From Rebecca billardiae RCC1528 (taxonomy: Eukaryota; Protista; Haptophyta), in the NCBI GenBank assembly GCA_965240325.2, contig OZ251241.1:186001-250000 (forward strand): 64,000 nt of DNA, given 5' to 3'. Shown one piece after another: positions 20,029 through 29,828 of this stretch. Both the position numbers and the translations under genes were made by a program. Position 1 is the stretch's first letter, and every line of letters starts with the position of its first letter. The notes beneath the pieces are model-generated. The model ran no database searches, was not told the DNA's origin, and was given only the letters and a program-made list of their open reading frames with translations.

Positions 20029-21114
20029 ATGGCGAGGTCGCCAACGTCGGACTCGGCGGGGCAGCCGCAGTTCCTGACCACGGACGACGGCGTCCGGCTG
20101 CGCTACGTCGACCGCGGCCAGTTCAACGCGGGCGCGGGCTGCGTCGTCTTTCTACACGGCTGGTCCGCCAACGGCCGCTGGTTCGACCGAAACGTCTCGA
20201 TCTCGTCCGAGGTGCGCGTCGTGACGATGGACTACAGGGGGATGGGCGACAGCGAGCACCCGGGGCACGGGTTCCGCGTCTCGCGGCTGGCCGCGGACGT
20301 GCGCTGCCTGCTGAGCGAGCTCAACCTGGACAAGGTGGTGCTCGTCGGCACCAGCCTCGGCTTCACCGTCATCATGAACTACATCGAGCTGTTCGGCACC
20401 GCGCGCGTCGCGGGCGTGGCGTTTGTCGACCAGTCGGCGTGCATGTACTCGAAGCCGGGCTGGACGTGCGGCGCGCCCGACCTGTCGAACATGGCCCTCG
20501 TCGCCTCGCTCGACGCGCTGCTCGCCACCGACTTCCCCGCCCTCGCCGACGGCATCATCTCGTCCGGCTTTGGCGAGACGCCCCCGACAGACTCGGAGCA
20601 CGAGTTCTTCAAGCGGGAGGAAAGCGCATGCCGGCGCGCGGCGCGCGCGCGCGCCGGCGGGTGGCGCGCGGCGCGGCGCGAGCATCGCCCCGCGCCCCGC
20701 CCTCCCCGCCCCGCCCGCGCGCAGATCCTCAAGTGCGACCCGCGCGCGCTGGGCGCGCTGATGTATCACCACGCCAACCTCGACTTCAGGGACCTGCTGC
20801 CGCACGTCAAGGTGCCCGTGCTCAACTTCGTCGGGGGTGCGCGCGCGCGGCGGGCGGGCGGCGGCCGTGCCATGCGCGCGCGCGCGCGCGCCGCCCACGC
20901 GCCGCCCGCCGCGCCGCCCCCGCCAGGCGCGACCAAGTGCCACCACCCGCGCGGCATCGAGTACATCGGCGAGGTGTGCCCGCGCGCGCGCAACGTCACG
21001 TTTGAAAAGTCGGGCCACTGGCTGTACTGGGAGGAGCCGCAGCGCTTCAACGCGGAGATCCTGCAGTTCGTCAAGATCTGCTACGCCGTCGCGGGCGGGG
21101 CGCAGGACGCTTGA
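20029..21114 (+). CDS. Alpha/beta hydrolase (non-heme haloperoxidase/YdjP-like); introns 20620-20724 (GA-AG) and 20837-20926 (GT-AG)
   Basis: TDDGVRLRYVDRG, VFLHGWS, DYRGMGDS, LVGTSLG, FVDQS, DFRDLL and SGHWLYWEEPQRFNAEI. Removing two in-frame CG-rich inserts gives FFKREILKC and FVGGATKC. Confidence 0.88.
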   Translation: MARSPTSDSAGQPQFLTTDDGVRLRYVDRGQFNAGAGCVVFLHGWSANGRWFDRNVSISSEVRVVTMDYRGMGDSEHPGHGFRVSRLAADVRCLLSELNLDKVVLVGTSLGFTVIMNYIELFGTARVAGVAFVDQSACMYSKPGWTCGAPDLSNMALVASLDALLATDFPALADGIISSGFGETPPTDSEHEFFKREESACRRAARARAGGWRAARREHRPAPRPPRPARAQILKCDPRALGALMYHHANLDFRDLLPHVKVPVLNFVGGARARRAGGGRAMRARARAAHAPPAAPPPPGATKCHHPRGIEYIGEVCPRARNVTFEKSGHWLYWEEPQRFNAEILQFVKICYAVAGGAQDA

Positions 21115-21739
21115 CGCGGCTGCGCGCCAGCAGCTGCGCAGGGGGGCGAACGGCAGCCGGCCCGCCCTCAACAGCGCCGTGCTGATGCGGACACCTCGCA
21201 CACGCACGCGACGCCATCGCATCGCCAATGACGCCGGGCCTCTACCTGAAGCCATCATCAGCAGCGCGCCCGCGGCGCGGCCGGCGGCACTGCCACGACT
21301 CCTGAGGGCGAGGCCGCAGGCCCGCAGCTCACTCGAGTCGGCTGCCAAGACCAAGTCACTACGACAAGTAGTATAGTGCATACGCCGACGCGCGTGCGCC
21401 GACGATTGGCACGCGCTGATGCTGATGCGATTGCGGTCAGCGGTGCTGCCAGCCGCCCAGTGCCGACGTACGCCCGCTGCTGACCGTCGTCACTATACCG
21501 TAGTGCTCTGTAGCTTACAGCACACTGTACTAGCTATATCGCGGATCATGCCATATGCCCGTTAGGGCGCCACAGCAGTAGCCAGTACGCGTCACTTATA
21601 TATATCGCGTATCGTCTTATTATCGATCTGAGATTCTACTGCTGATTCAAGCGCTCATATCCGAGATATCACGCGACGCGACGGTTCACGGCATACCGAT
21701 TACCGGGCATACGGCGGCATACGATTACGCACGCCTGTT

Positions 21740-21816
21740 AATTATAATATTATATATATATATATACTACCGTATTAACATATTATAATATATATATATA
21801 TATATCGATATATATG
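21740..21816. repeat. (TA)n-rich island between convergent genes
   Basis: Several TA runs in an almost pure AT stretch. Confidence 0.9.
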
Positions 21817-21989
21817 AGCTCATCATCATCAGCGGCTTCCGAAGAGTGGCGGTAGTAACAAGTCGGTCAATCGGTGATCATCAGCAGCCGAGCAGTACGC
21901 TGTAGCCTGTACGGGATGACGCGGTGCCCGCGCGCGCGCGCGCGGCGCGGCTGCCATCGTCCGCGGAGCACCCCTCGACTACTCGGCGG

Positions 21990-24608
21990 TCAGCTCCCGA
22001 CGCGCATCGCCTGCTTCTCCGGCGAGGGGCTGGGGATGTAAGTCAGCGTGCGCGGCACGCGGAAGCCCATGGGCGAGCGCCGGTCTGCGCCGTCGGCCGG
22101 TGCGTCGTACCGCGCAAACAGCGTCTTTGCGCGCGCGCCCAGCGGGCGCGCGGGCGTGGCTGAGGCGAAGGCCGAGGGCAAGCCCGACAGCTGGTGGCCG
22201 GCGGGCGACTTGGGGCCCTTCGACCACGAGGAGGCGAGCGCGCTGCCGCCGCGCCGCTCCGGGCTGCCCATCGGCGGGCTGCGCATCGAGCGGAAGGAGG
22301 CGAGCCGCTCGGACAGCGGCAGGTTCGGGCTGGGCGCGCTGCCGCCGCCGCTGCCGCCGCCGCTGCCGCGCTGCTCGGCGCGCCACGACGCGCCGCTCCG
22401 GCGCGTGGATGCGCTGGAGAGCGACGAGGCGGAGAGGTACGAGCCGACGGGGAGCTCGGCGCCCGAGCTGCGCCGCGCGCGCGCCGCGTGCGCGTGCAGG
22501 AACTCCTTGCGCACGCAGCGCGCGCGCACCTCCGCCAGCACGGGCGCCACCGAGCGCGCGTACCACGCGTCCACGCGCGCGTCGTACCTGCGGCGCCACG
22601 CGGCGGTGGTGCCGAGGGCGGACGCGGGCGTGCTCGGCTCGTCGCGCTCGCCGTTCACCGCCTCGCGCTGCCAGCGCACGGGGTCGGCGCAGCGCAGCGC
22701 GGCCGCGAGCTCGCTCAGCCCGAGCTCGTCCGCGAGGCACGGCCACGGGTCAAAGTGCGTCGTGCGCACGCGCCAGCCGTGGCCGGCGTGCTGGCACGCG
22801 CTCACGGCGATCAGCGCGATCGCGCTCGACTGCGCAAACGCCTCGAACGCGGCCTCGGAGACGTACAGCTCGCGGATCTTGGCGAGCAGCGTCGCGCGGT
22901 CCGCCTCGTCCGTGCAGCGCGCGTCGGCCACCCTGAGCCGCCGCACCGCGTCCACGTACAGCTGCAGCGTCGACGCGCGCATGAAGTGGTCCGCGCACAG
23001 CCGCACGCGCCGTGCGTCGTGGAAGACGAGGACGAGGCACCACTCGTACAGGCACCACAGCCGCGAGAAGTACCCCCACGTCATCAGCACGACCATCTCG
23101 TCGCACCGCTTGACGAACTCGTGCAGCAGCCCGAGCGCGCGCGGCGTGAGCGCGTGCGACTGCGGGCAGCAGTTCTTGTCGATCCAGCAGGACACGCCCG
23201 CGAGGGTGGGCGAGAAGTCCGGCGCGTCCAGCGGCGGCCGCTCGTCAGGCCGGCGCGGCGGCTTGGGCAACGACTTGCGCGACTTGCGCGCCGCGCGCTG
23301 CGGCTGGCCGGGGCCGGCCGCGGCCTCGGCGGCCTCGCGCAGCGCGAGCGCGATGTCCTGCACGGCCGAGGCGAGCGCGACCGCCTTGATCGCGGCGTAC
23401 GAGCAGTTCGCGCCCATCTTCTCGTCCCAGTCCGCGGGCGGGTGCCACTCGTGGCTCACAAAGCAGTGCGCGCGCTCGGTCGGCACCGAGAGCGCGTAGT
23501 GCTGCATCGCGCCCTCGCGCGAGGCCCAGAAGGCCTCCGCCATCTCGAGCATGTCCGGCTCGAGCCAGCTCGCCGCCACCTCGCGCGCGGGGACCGCGCG
23601 CATCAGCGCGGCGGCCGGGTCGGCCATCTTGTCGATGCGCGTCGCGAGCTCGTCCAGCCGCGCCGTCTCCCTCTGCCCGAACGAGAGCGACGTGTCTCGC
23701 ACGGGCGCGAACGGCGTCGGGCCGGGCGGGGCGGGCGGGAGCGAGCCGTTGGAGGTGTTGGCCGCGGGGTCGTGGACCGTGTCGGCGTCGAGCGCGCAGC
23801 CCCACAGCCGCCCCTGCCGCCCGCCGCGGCGGCAGCTGCTGCCCTGCCGCTCCTCGCCCGCCTCGGAGAAGCTCGCGTCACTGACGCTCGCTCGGGCGGC
23901 GTCGGCGGCCGCGGCCGCGGGGCCGGGCGGCAGGACCGGCGCGGGCGGCGCCTCGGCCTCCTTGGCGGCGAGCGCAATGTGCCAGCACGTGGCCGCGCGC
24001 TTGTCCTGGTCGGAGAGCGGCGGCAGGTTGTGCGCGCACTCGCCGCCGCCGCCCTCGCTCACCTTCACGTCCCACGTCGCGCAGAAGCCGTGCTCGGCCA
24101 CGCTCGCGCGCTTCATGTGCAGGCACACGCCGTACATGAGCGCGCCGACCTCGGCGAGCGCGCCCTCGACGAGCGGGACGAGCGTCGCGCCGCGCACCGA
24201 GACGTACGAGATGCGCAGCTCGTCGTCCGCGCTGCGCCCCACCGAGATGGCCGGGAAGCTCGACTGGCGGAACGACGAGCGGCCGATCGAGTGGTGCAGC
24301 GCGTTGATGTTGTTGAGCAGCGAGACCATGTCGCCGCCGAACTGGCGCAGCGCGCGCAGGTTGTCGGTCACGTGCAGGAAGCGCACGAAGCTGCGGCCGA
24401 GGGCGCGGAGCGTCTCGTCCAGCGGCATGCCCAGCTCCACGGCCAGCGTGTTCACCACGCGGCACGTGTCCGAGTCGTCGTACTGCCGCAGCTCCATCAG
24501 CGCGTCGTCGCTGACGAGCTCGAGCGCGCGCAGCACGCTCGGCCACGTGCGCGCGTCGCCGAGCTCGTGCGCCAGGCGGCGCACAACAATGTGGATCAGC
24601 CCGTGCAT
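21990..24608 (-). CDS. H-NOX (HNOB) heme-sensor domain fused to a TIR/HET-like domain
   Basis: N-terminus: MHGLIH...W...YDDSDT...LGRSF...GGDMVSLLNNINALHH (proximal His), FPAIS, YVSVR (YxSxR heme motif), LVEGAL. Central region: CFVSHEW...K...CWIDKNCCPQ...LHEFVKRCDEMVVLMTWGYFSRLWCLYEW...ARCTDEADR. Intronless, 872 aa. Confidence 0.85.
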   Translation of the reverse strand: MHGLIHIVVRRLAHELGDARTWPSVLRALELVSDDALMELRQYDDSDTCRVVNTLAVELGMPLDETLRALGRSFVRFLHVTDNLRALRQFGGDMVSLLNNINALHHSIGRSSFRQSSFPAISVGRSADDELRISYVSVRGATLVPLVEGALAEVGALMYGVCLHMKRASVAEHGFCATWDVKVSEGGGGECAHNLPPLSDQDKRAATCWHIALAAKEAEAPPAPVLPPGPAAAAADAARASVSDASFSEAGEERQGSSCRRGGRQGRLWGCALDADTVHDPAANTSNGSLPPAPPGPTPFAPVRDTSLSFGQRETARLDELATRIDKMADPAAALMRAVPAREVAASWLEPDMLEMAEAFWASREGAMQHYALSVPTERAHCFVSHEWHPPADWDEKMGANCSYAAIKAVALASAVQDIALALREAAEAAAGPGQPQRAARKSRKSLPKPPRRPDERPPLDAPDFSPTLAGVSCWIDKNCCPQSHALTPRALGLLHEFVKRCDEMVVLMTWGYFSRLWCLYEWCLVLVFHDARRVRLCADHFMRASTLQLYVDAVRRLRVADARCTDEADRATLLAKIRELYVSEAAFEAFAQSSAIALIAVSACQHAGHGWRVRTTHFDPWPCLADELGLSELAAALRCADPVRWQREAVNGERDEPSTPASALGTTAAWRRRYDARVDAWYARSVAPVLAEVRARCVRKEFLHAHAARARRSSGAELPVGSYLSASSLSSASTRRSGASWRAEQRGSGGGSGGGSAPSPNLPLSERLASFRSMRSPPMGSPERRGGSALASSWSKGPKSPAGHQLSGLPSAFASATPARPLGARAKTLFARYDAPADGADRRSPMGFRVPRTLTYIPSPSPEKQAMRVGS

Positions 24609-24911
24609 CGTCGATCAGAGGCGTGCGCGCGCGGGAGGGCCTCGATCGCCTCCACGGGCGTCGCGGCACAACGCGTCGCGACGTGCGCAACTAGATCCCC
24701 CCCCGATGGTTAAAGCCGCCCCGAAATGAATCTCGCGACGAGACGCGCGCAATTGATAGTGCTCGTCGGCGTATGAATCGGGGTTGCTACTTATATCTCT
24801 GGAGCTGGATGTGGTATGATTCTTCGTCAAGAATGCATTCGGCCGAAGCCGATTGATAAAATGAAGCTCCTTGCGACGCACAAGAGAAGGCCGGCCATCA
24901 GTTGGGCTCAT

Positions 24912-24954
24912 TACAGTTTACTAAGAATAAGAGACGCACACAGCTCAGGCAGGC
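24912..24954 (+). repeat. Short dispersed repeat, copy 2
   Basis: Near-identical to 18652-18700. Confidence 0.85.
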
Positions 24955-25232
24955 GAGATTACCAGGTACTCATGATCTGAATTGCTGATGATGAGCCAGC
25001 GGGTGATGTGGATTAAATTTGCCGGTTCATCAAGTGCCCTTGATCAAGTACTATTCCGGACTTCCGGGTGCCAAGAGGGTTTCCGGATGGGTACTTCATA
25101 GTTCATAGGGTGGCTTTCAACAGGTTTCGTCAGCGCAGATAGGCATTGGACTTGAACCCCCTGCACCGCAGTGCCGCTTGGGCCGGCCAGGGTTCAGAAC
25201 GCCCGCCGTGTCGCGGCCGGCTGGGCGCCCAC

Positions 25233-27213
25233 CGACCCCCCTCTGCCGATACTCGCCTTGGACCCGCGCGCCGCCGGGCAGAGCGCGTAGCAATGCGCCA
25301 GGCCGAGGGCGGCGCGACCGCATACGCGCTTCCCACCGCCGACGACGACTCCGCCTCGCTCTCCTCGCGCTCGTCGTACGTGCTGATCGACGACAGCGCA
25401 TCCGAGCCGTTTGAACCGGTCTCGAGGCACGAGTCGGCGCCGACGGGCGCGCTCAGGCTGCCGCCGTGGGACGCGTGCGCCGAGCCGGTGCTGGACGACG
25501 CGATGGACGTACCCGCCATGCCACGCATCCCGCCGCCCTTTGCGTCCGACACGCACGCGCACGCTGACGCGGCCGAAGCGCTGAGCGCGCGCATCGGCAT
25601 GCGCTCCCCGCTCTCGCAGCCGTCCGCGCCGCCGTGGGACCTACGCCCCGCGCGCGCGCTGGCGGACGCGGGCCACGCGCACGCACGCGACGTGCTCATG
25701 CGTGCTCCCTGCGCCGCCGCCGCCGGCGTCGGCGCTCCGCCGACGCACGAGCTGCACGCGCTCCCGCCCTCGCTGCCGCCGCGCCATGCGCAGCCGCCGC
25801 CCGCGACCCATCAGCCAGCCGTGCTGCCCAGAGCGCGCGCGCGCTCGCCGCCGTGCGCGCCATTCGCCTACCCGGGCGTGGGCGCGCGCGCGCGCGCGAT
25901 CGACGACGGCGACGACGAGCCCGACGACGCCGGGCCGTCCCTCCACCCCGCCATGCACGCACGCGGCGGCTGGCCGTTTGACGGCGGAGGGTTTGGCGCG
26001 CACCCGCAGCCCGCGCCGCGCCGCGCGGCCGAGGAAGAGACGGCGCGCGGCGCGGACGGCGGGCTGGGCGCGCCGGCGGGCCCGCCGACGCGGCCGTCGG
26101 CGATCTCGGCCGCGGCGCGCGCCGACGTGGAGGCGCTCCTCCGCCTCGCGCGCGGCGAGGTCGAGCGCGTGCACTCTGCAGACATGCTCCTGCGCCCGCT
26201 GGTCGCGCCGCCGCCGCCGCCGCCGCCCGCGCATGCGGAGCTGTGCCGGCCGGCGGCGGGCTCGGCGGCTGGCGTGCGCGGCCGGGCGGCGGCGGTATCG
26301 GAGCTGCGCATGCATGGCGGCGCCTCGCCGGAGCGCACGCCCCCGCCGCCCCCGCCGCCGCCGCCGCTCTTCTCGGGGCGCGCGCACGAGGTGCGCCACT
26401 GCCTCCTGCCGCTGGCGATGCCGCCGCCGCCGCCGCCGCTCACGCAGACGGTGGAGAGCATGCACGCGGCGCTCGAGAGCGGGCTGGGCGCGATCGACGG
26501 GCGCGGGGCGCACCACGCGCCGTTCGGCGAGCCCGGCATGGGCGTGTCGCCGCTGATCATCCGCCTCGGCCACGCGCCCCCCGGCACGGGCGGCGGGCGG
26601 CACGCGCGCTCGCCCGCCGGCGGCGGGCTCGGCCCGGACGAGGCCGCTCCGTTCGACAAGCTGGGGCAGCACCGCCCGCGCAACACGGCGGCCACGATCC
26701 TGCTCTGGTTTGTCATCATCGCCGTCGTCGGGGGCGTGTCCATGCTGCTGCAGGTGCGCGCGCGCGCGCGCGCGCCGCGCGCCCGAGCCGGCGCGCCCGC
26801 CGCCCACACGCGCCGTGCCTCCGCGTCGTCCCCTGCGCCGCCGCGGCCGTGCTCGGCTTCAGGACTCGCTGCAGACGATGGACCCGCGCGCGTGGGCGCG
26901 GCCCGGCCAGACCGTGCGGCTGGAGGAGCAGATGGCGCGCGCCGCGCAGGCCGCCGCGCTCGACCCGCCGGCCGCCGCGCCGCACAGCGCGCCGCCCGAC
27001 CGCGCGCTGCCGCCGCCGCGCAGGCACAAGGGGCCGCGCGCCGCGCGCGAGCTCTCGCCCCCTACCGCAAGCCCTGCGGCCGGCGCGCCCGCGGCCGCCG
27101 CGGCGCTGGCGCTCGAGCGCACGCAGCTGCAGATGCACGCGGCGCCGCTGGTGCGGCCGATGCAGCGGCTGCTGCGCGTGGTGCTGTGGGCAGCGCCTAG
27201 TGCTGCGGACTGA
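25233..27213 (+). CDS. Hypothetical Pro/Ala-rich single-pass membrane protein; intron 26754-26862
   Basis: ATG at 25233, GC3-biased frame and a TM segment TILLWFVIIAVVGGVSMLL. The CAG|GTGCGC...TTCAG| intron joins DSLQTMDPRAW to the stop at 27213. Confidence 0.65.
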
Positions 27214-27616
27214 TTCTGACGGCCCGACCACATCGGCAACCGTAATAATCCGTATCGCCACCGGCATCGGTCGCGGGCTTCAATGGCAGCAGTGCTGAGC
27301 CAGTGTGAGTGTGATGGAATTGGATGCAGGCGCAGACTGAGAGTGAGACGTCGCAGTGCTGACGAGGCCCAGCATATATCAAGTCGTGCTCAGCAGTAGT
27401 CATGCGCAGCAGCGCATCGTCACGGGATAACCCCGCGGCGTCGTGAGTCATCAATATAATATAATAATATATTATTCTGATGAATCAGAATAATATTCAG
27501 ACATGGGCCGCCTGTCATTGTCAAGTGTCATGGGCCGCGCCGCGCGGCCAGCCCGCGTCGATCGTCAGCAGTCGTGTCGTTACCACATATCATATCGTCA
27601 TGATGACGATGCTGAT

Positions 27617-29487
27617 TCATGATCGTCGCGGCCTCGATCGACCTCGGCCGCGCAGTTGGCGGCGGCGGCCGCCGCCGCCGTCATCACCCCGATCCGCCGC
27701 CGCCGTCTCGTTCGCGGGCGGTGACGGCCGTGACGGCGGACGGTCGTGGGCGGAGGCGCCCTCGGCACTCGCGTTGGCGGCGGCGGGCTCGGCGGCGGCG
27801 AGCGCGGTGGCGTCGGTGCTGTTCGCGTCGTAGTGGAAGCCTCGCTCCGCGAGCAGCCGCAGCAGCGCCGCCACCGCGCCGTTCTCGCCCGCGGCCGCGC
27901 CCGCCCTGGCCGCGCCCGCGACCGCGTCCGCCAGCAGCTCGGCCATGCCGCCGCCGGCCGCGCCCTGCGCGCTCGTGCTGTTGGCGAGCACGCTGTTGAC
28001 CGCGTCGACGAGCGCCGCGCCGCCGCCCCCCGCCGCCGCCGCCGCGGCGAGCACGCTGCCCGCTAGCCCCGCGCCGGCGCCGCCGCCGTGCGCGTGCGCG
28101 CCGCCGCCGCCGCCGCGGATCACGTCGAGCACCGGGAGCACGACCGAGCCGTTGCGCTCGAGCTGCGCGGCGGTCGAGTTCTCGTAGTCCACGTCCTGCG
28201 CGTACAGCCGGGGGTAGTAGTGGCGGCGGTGCTCGATGTACGTGGCGAGGAACGCGACGGCGGCGAGCGCGGTGGCGACGAGCCACAGCCCGCACACGCA
28301 CGTCGCGCTCGCGAGCACGAGCTGTCGCAGCGAGCGCCCCTGCAGCCAGTGCCGCCAGCGCGCCTCCGCCTTGGTGCCGTCTGGCAGCACCTCGTTGCAC
28401 AGCCGGAAGCGCTGGTCGAGCGGCGGCAGGCCGAGCTTGCGCCGCACGTGCTCGCACTTGCGCACGTCCGCGGCGGTGACGTAGAAGCGCGCGGCGAGCT
28501 GCTCCTGGCTCATCGCGCGCTGCTTGCGGTACAGACCCACGAACACGGACGACTGGAAGACAAACGCGCCGCAGATCGAGATGCCCTTCACGACGATGAA
28601 GTTGAGCCACGCGGCGCCGAGCAGGCCCGCGCGCTGCATGTAGTTGTACGAGACGGCGAAGACGGCGGCGGCGGTGAGCCCCGAGAGGAAGAGGCTCCAG
28701 TGCGCCAGCCGCTCCCACCGGTGCCGCACCTTGGGCTCCTTGTGCTGGCAGCAGCCGCACGCCGCCAGCAAGAACCACAGCTGGCCGACCACGATCGACG
28801 CGATCGCAAACACCGTCGCGACGCCGCCGCCGCCCCAGCTGCGGTAGAGCCAGACGAGGCCGAGGTCCTCGCACATGCAGCACATGTACATGTCCGGCGG
28901 CTCGCGCCCCGCGCGCGCGCTCCCCGCCTCCGGCGCCGCGTACAGGTACGAGCCGTCGTCGCGCCCGTCGGGCAGGTCGATGTACAGCAGCGCCACGTGC
29001 TTCAGGAAGCCCTCGGTCGCGTTGGCGAGGGCGAGCGGGTCGCAGGTGGGCTCGAGGAGGCACTCGTGCGTCTCGACGGCGAGCGCAGCCATCAGCCTGC
29101 GCCGCCGCCGCCGCCATCGCCGCGGCAAGCCGCCGCGCGGGCCGCGTGAGCGCGCGCCAGGCGCGCGCGCGCGCTTGCGCGCGAACGCGCGCGCGGCCGA
29201 GCGCGCCGCGCGCACCAGTACGCGCAGATGAGCATGAAGTAGATCCAGTACCGCTCGAGCTTGCCTACGACGTGCAGCTGGTGCGAGGCGAACGCGGCGA
29301 ACACCGGGTGCGTGTTGCGCAGGAAGCACCACCAGTCCTGCAGCCAGTTCTCGTACCAGATCAGCCGGCCTGCCGCCATGTCGCGCCGCAGCGCGAGCTG
29401 CGCCTCGGTGAAGCCGTACTCGATGGCGTCGGAGAGGCGCTCGCCACGGCGGTACGAGAGGACCACCTCGTACAGGCTCACGTCCAT
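27617..29487 (-). CDS. Uncharacterised multi-pass membrane protein; intron 29097-29215
   Basis: Exon 1 MDVSLYE...DWWCFLRNTHPVFAAFASHQLHVVGKLERYWIYFMLICAYW is spliced (GT-AG) to LMAALAVETHEC. About 5-6 hydrophobic segments, a Cys-rich loop, and several NxS/T sequons in the C-terminus. Confidence 0.72.
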
Positions 29488-29828
29488 CGCGGCCCTCGCG
29501 CGCGCGCGCCGGCGGCACCAAGCGCGCGAGATCCGATGGCGGCGGCCACCCTAACGCGCCGCTGATCCGCCCGGCAGCCCTGCCCGTGCGGCTGCACCTG
29601 TTGGGCAGAAATCCGGCCACCCGCCATCAGGCATCGCAAATCGTCATCCGGATCAACGTGCTCCGGCGGCGGCGGCCCCCGGAATCATCTCCAAATCCCC
29701 GGTGTCCCGCGCAGTCAATGCAACTCGCAAGGCGGGTGGCGAAGCAGTCGTCGTCACCTCGTCACGACGGAGTCGGAGGACGAGTAGAATCCGAGCTGGC
29801 GAGCGGCGCGGGTCCAGCGCCGCCTCGT

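Noticed and set aside
25140-25210. B-box-like GGTTCAAGTCC on the - strand (possible tRNA/SINE)
   Set aside because: I could not fold a cloverleaf or find a properly spaced A-box and acceptor stem.
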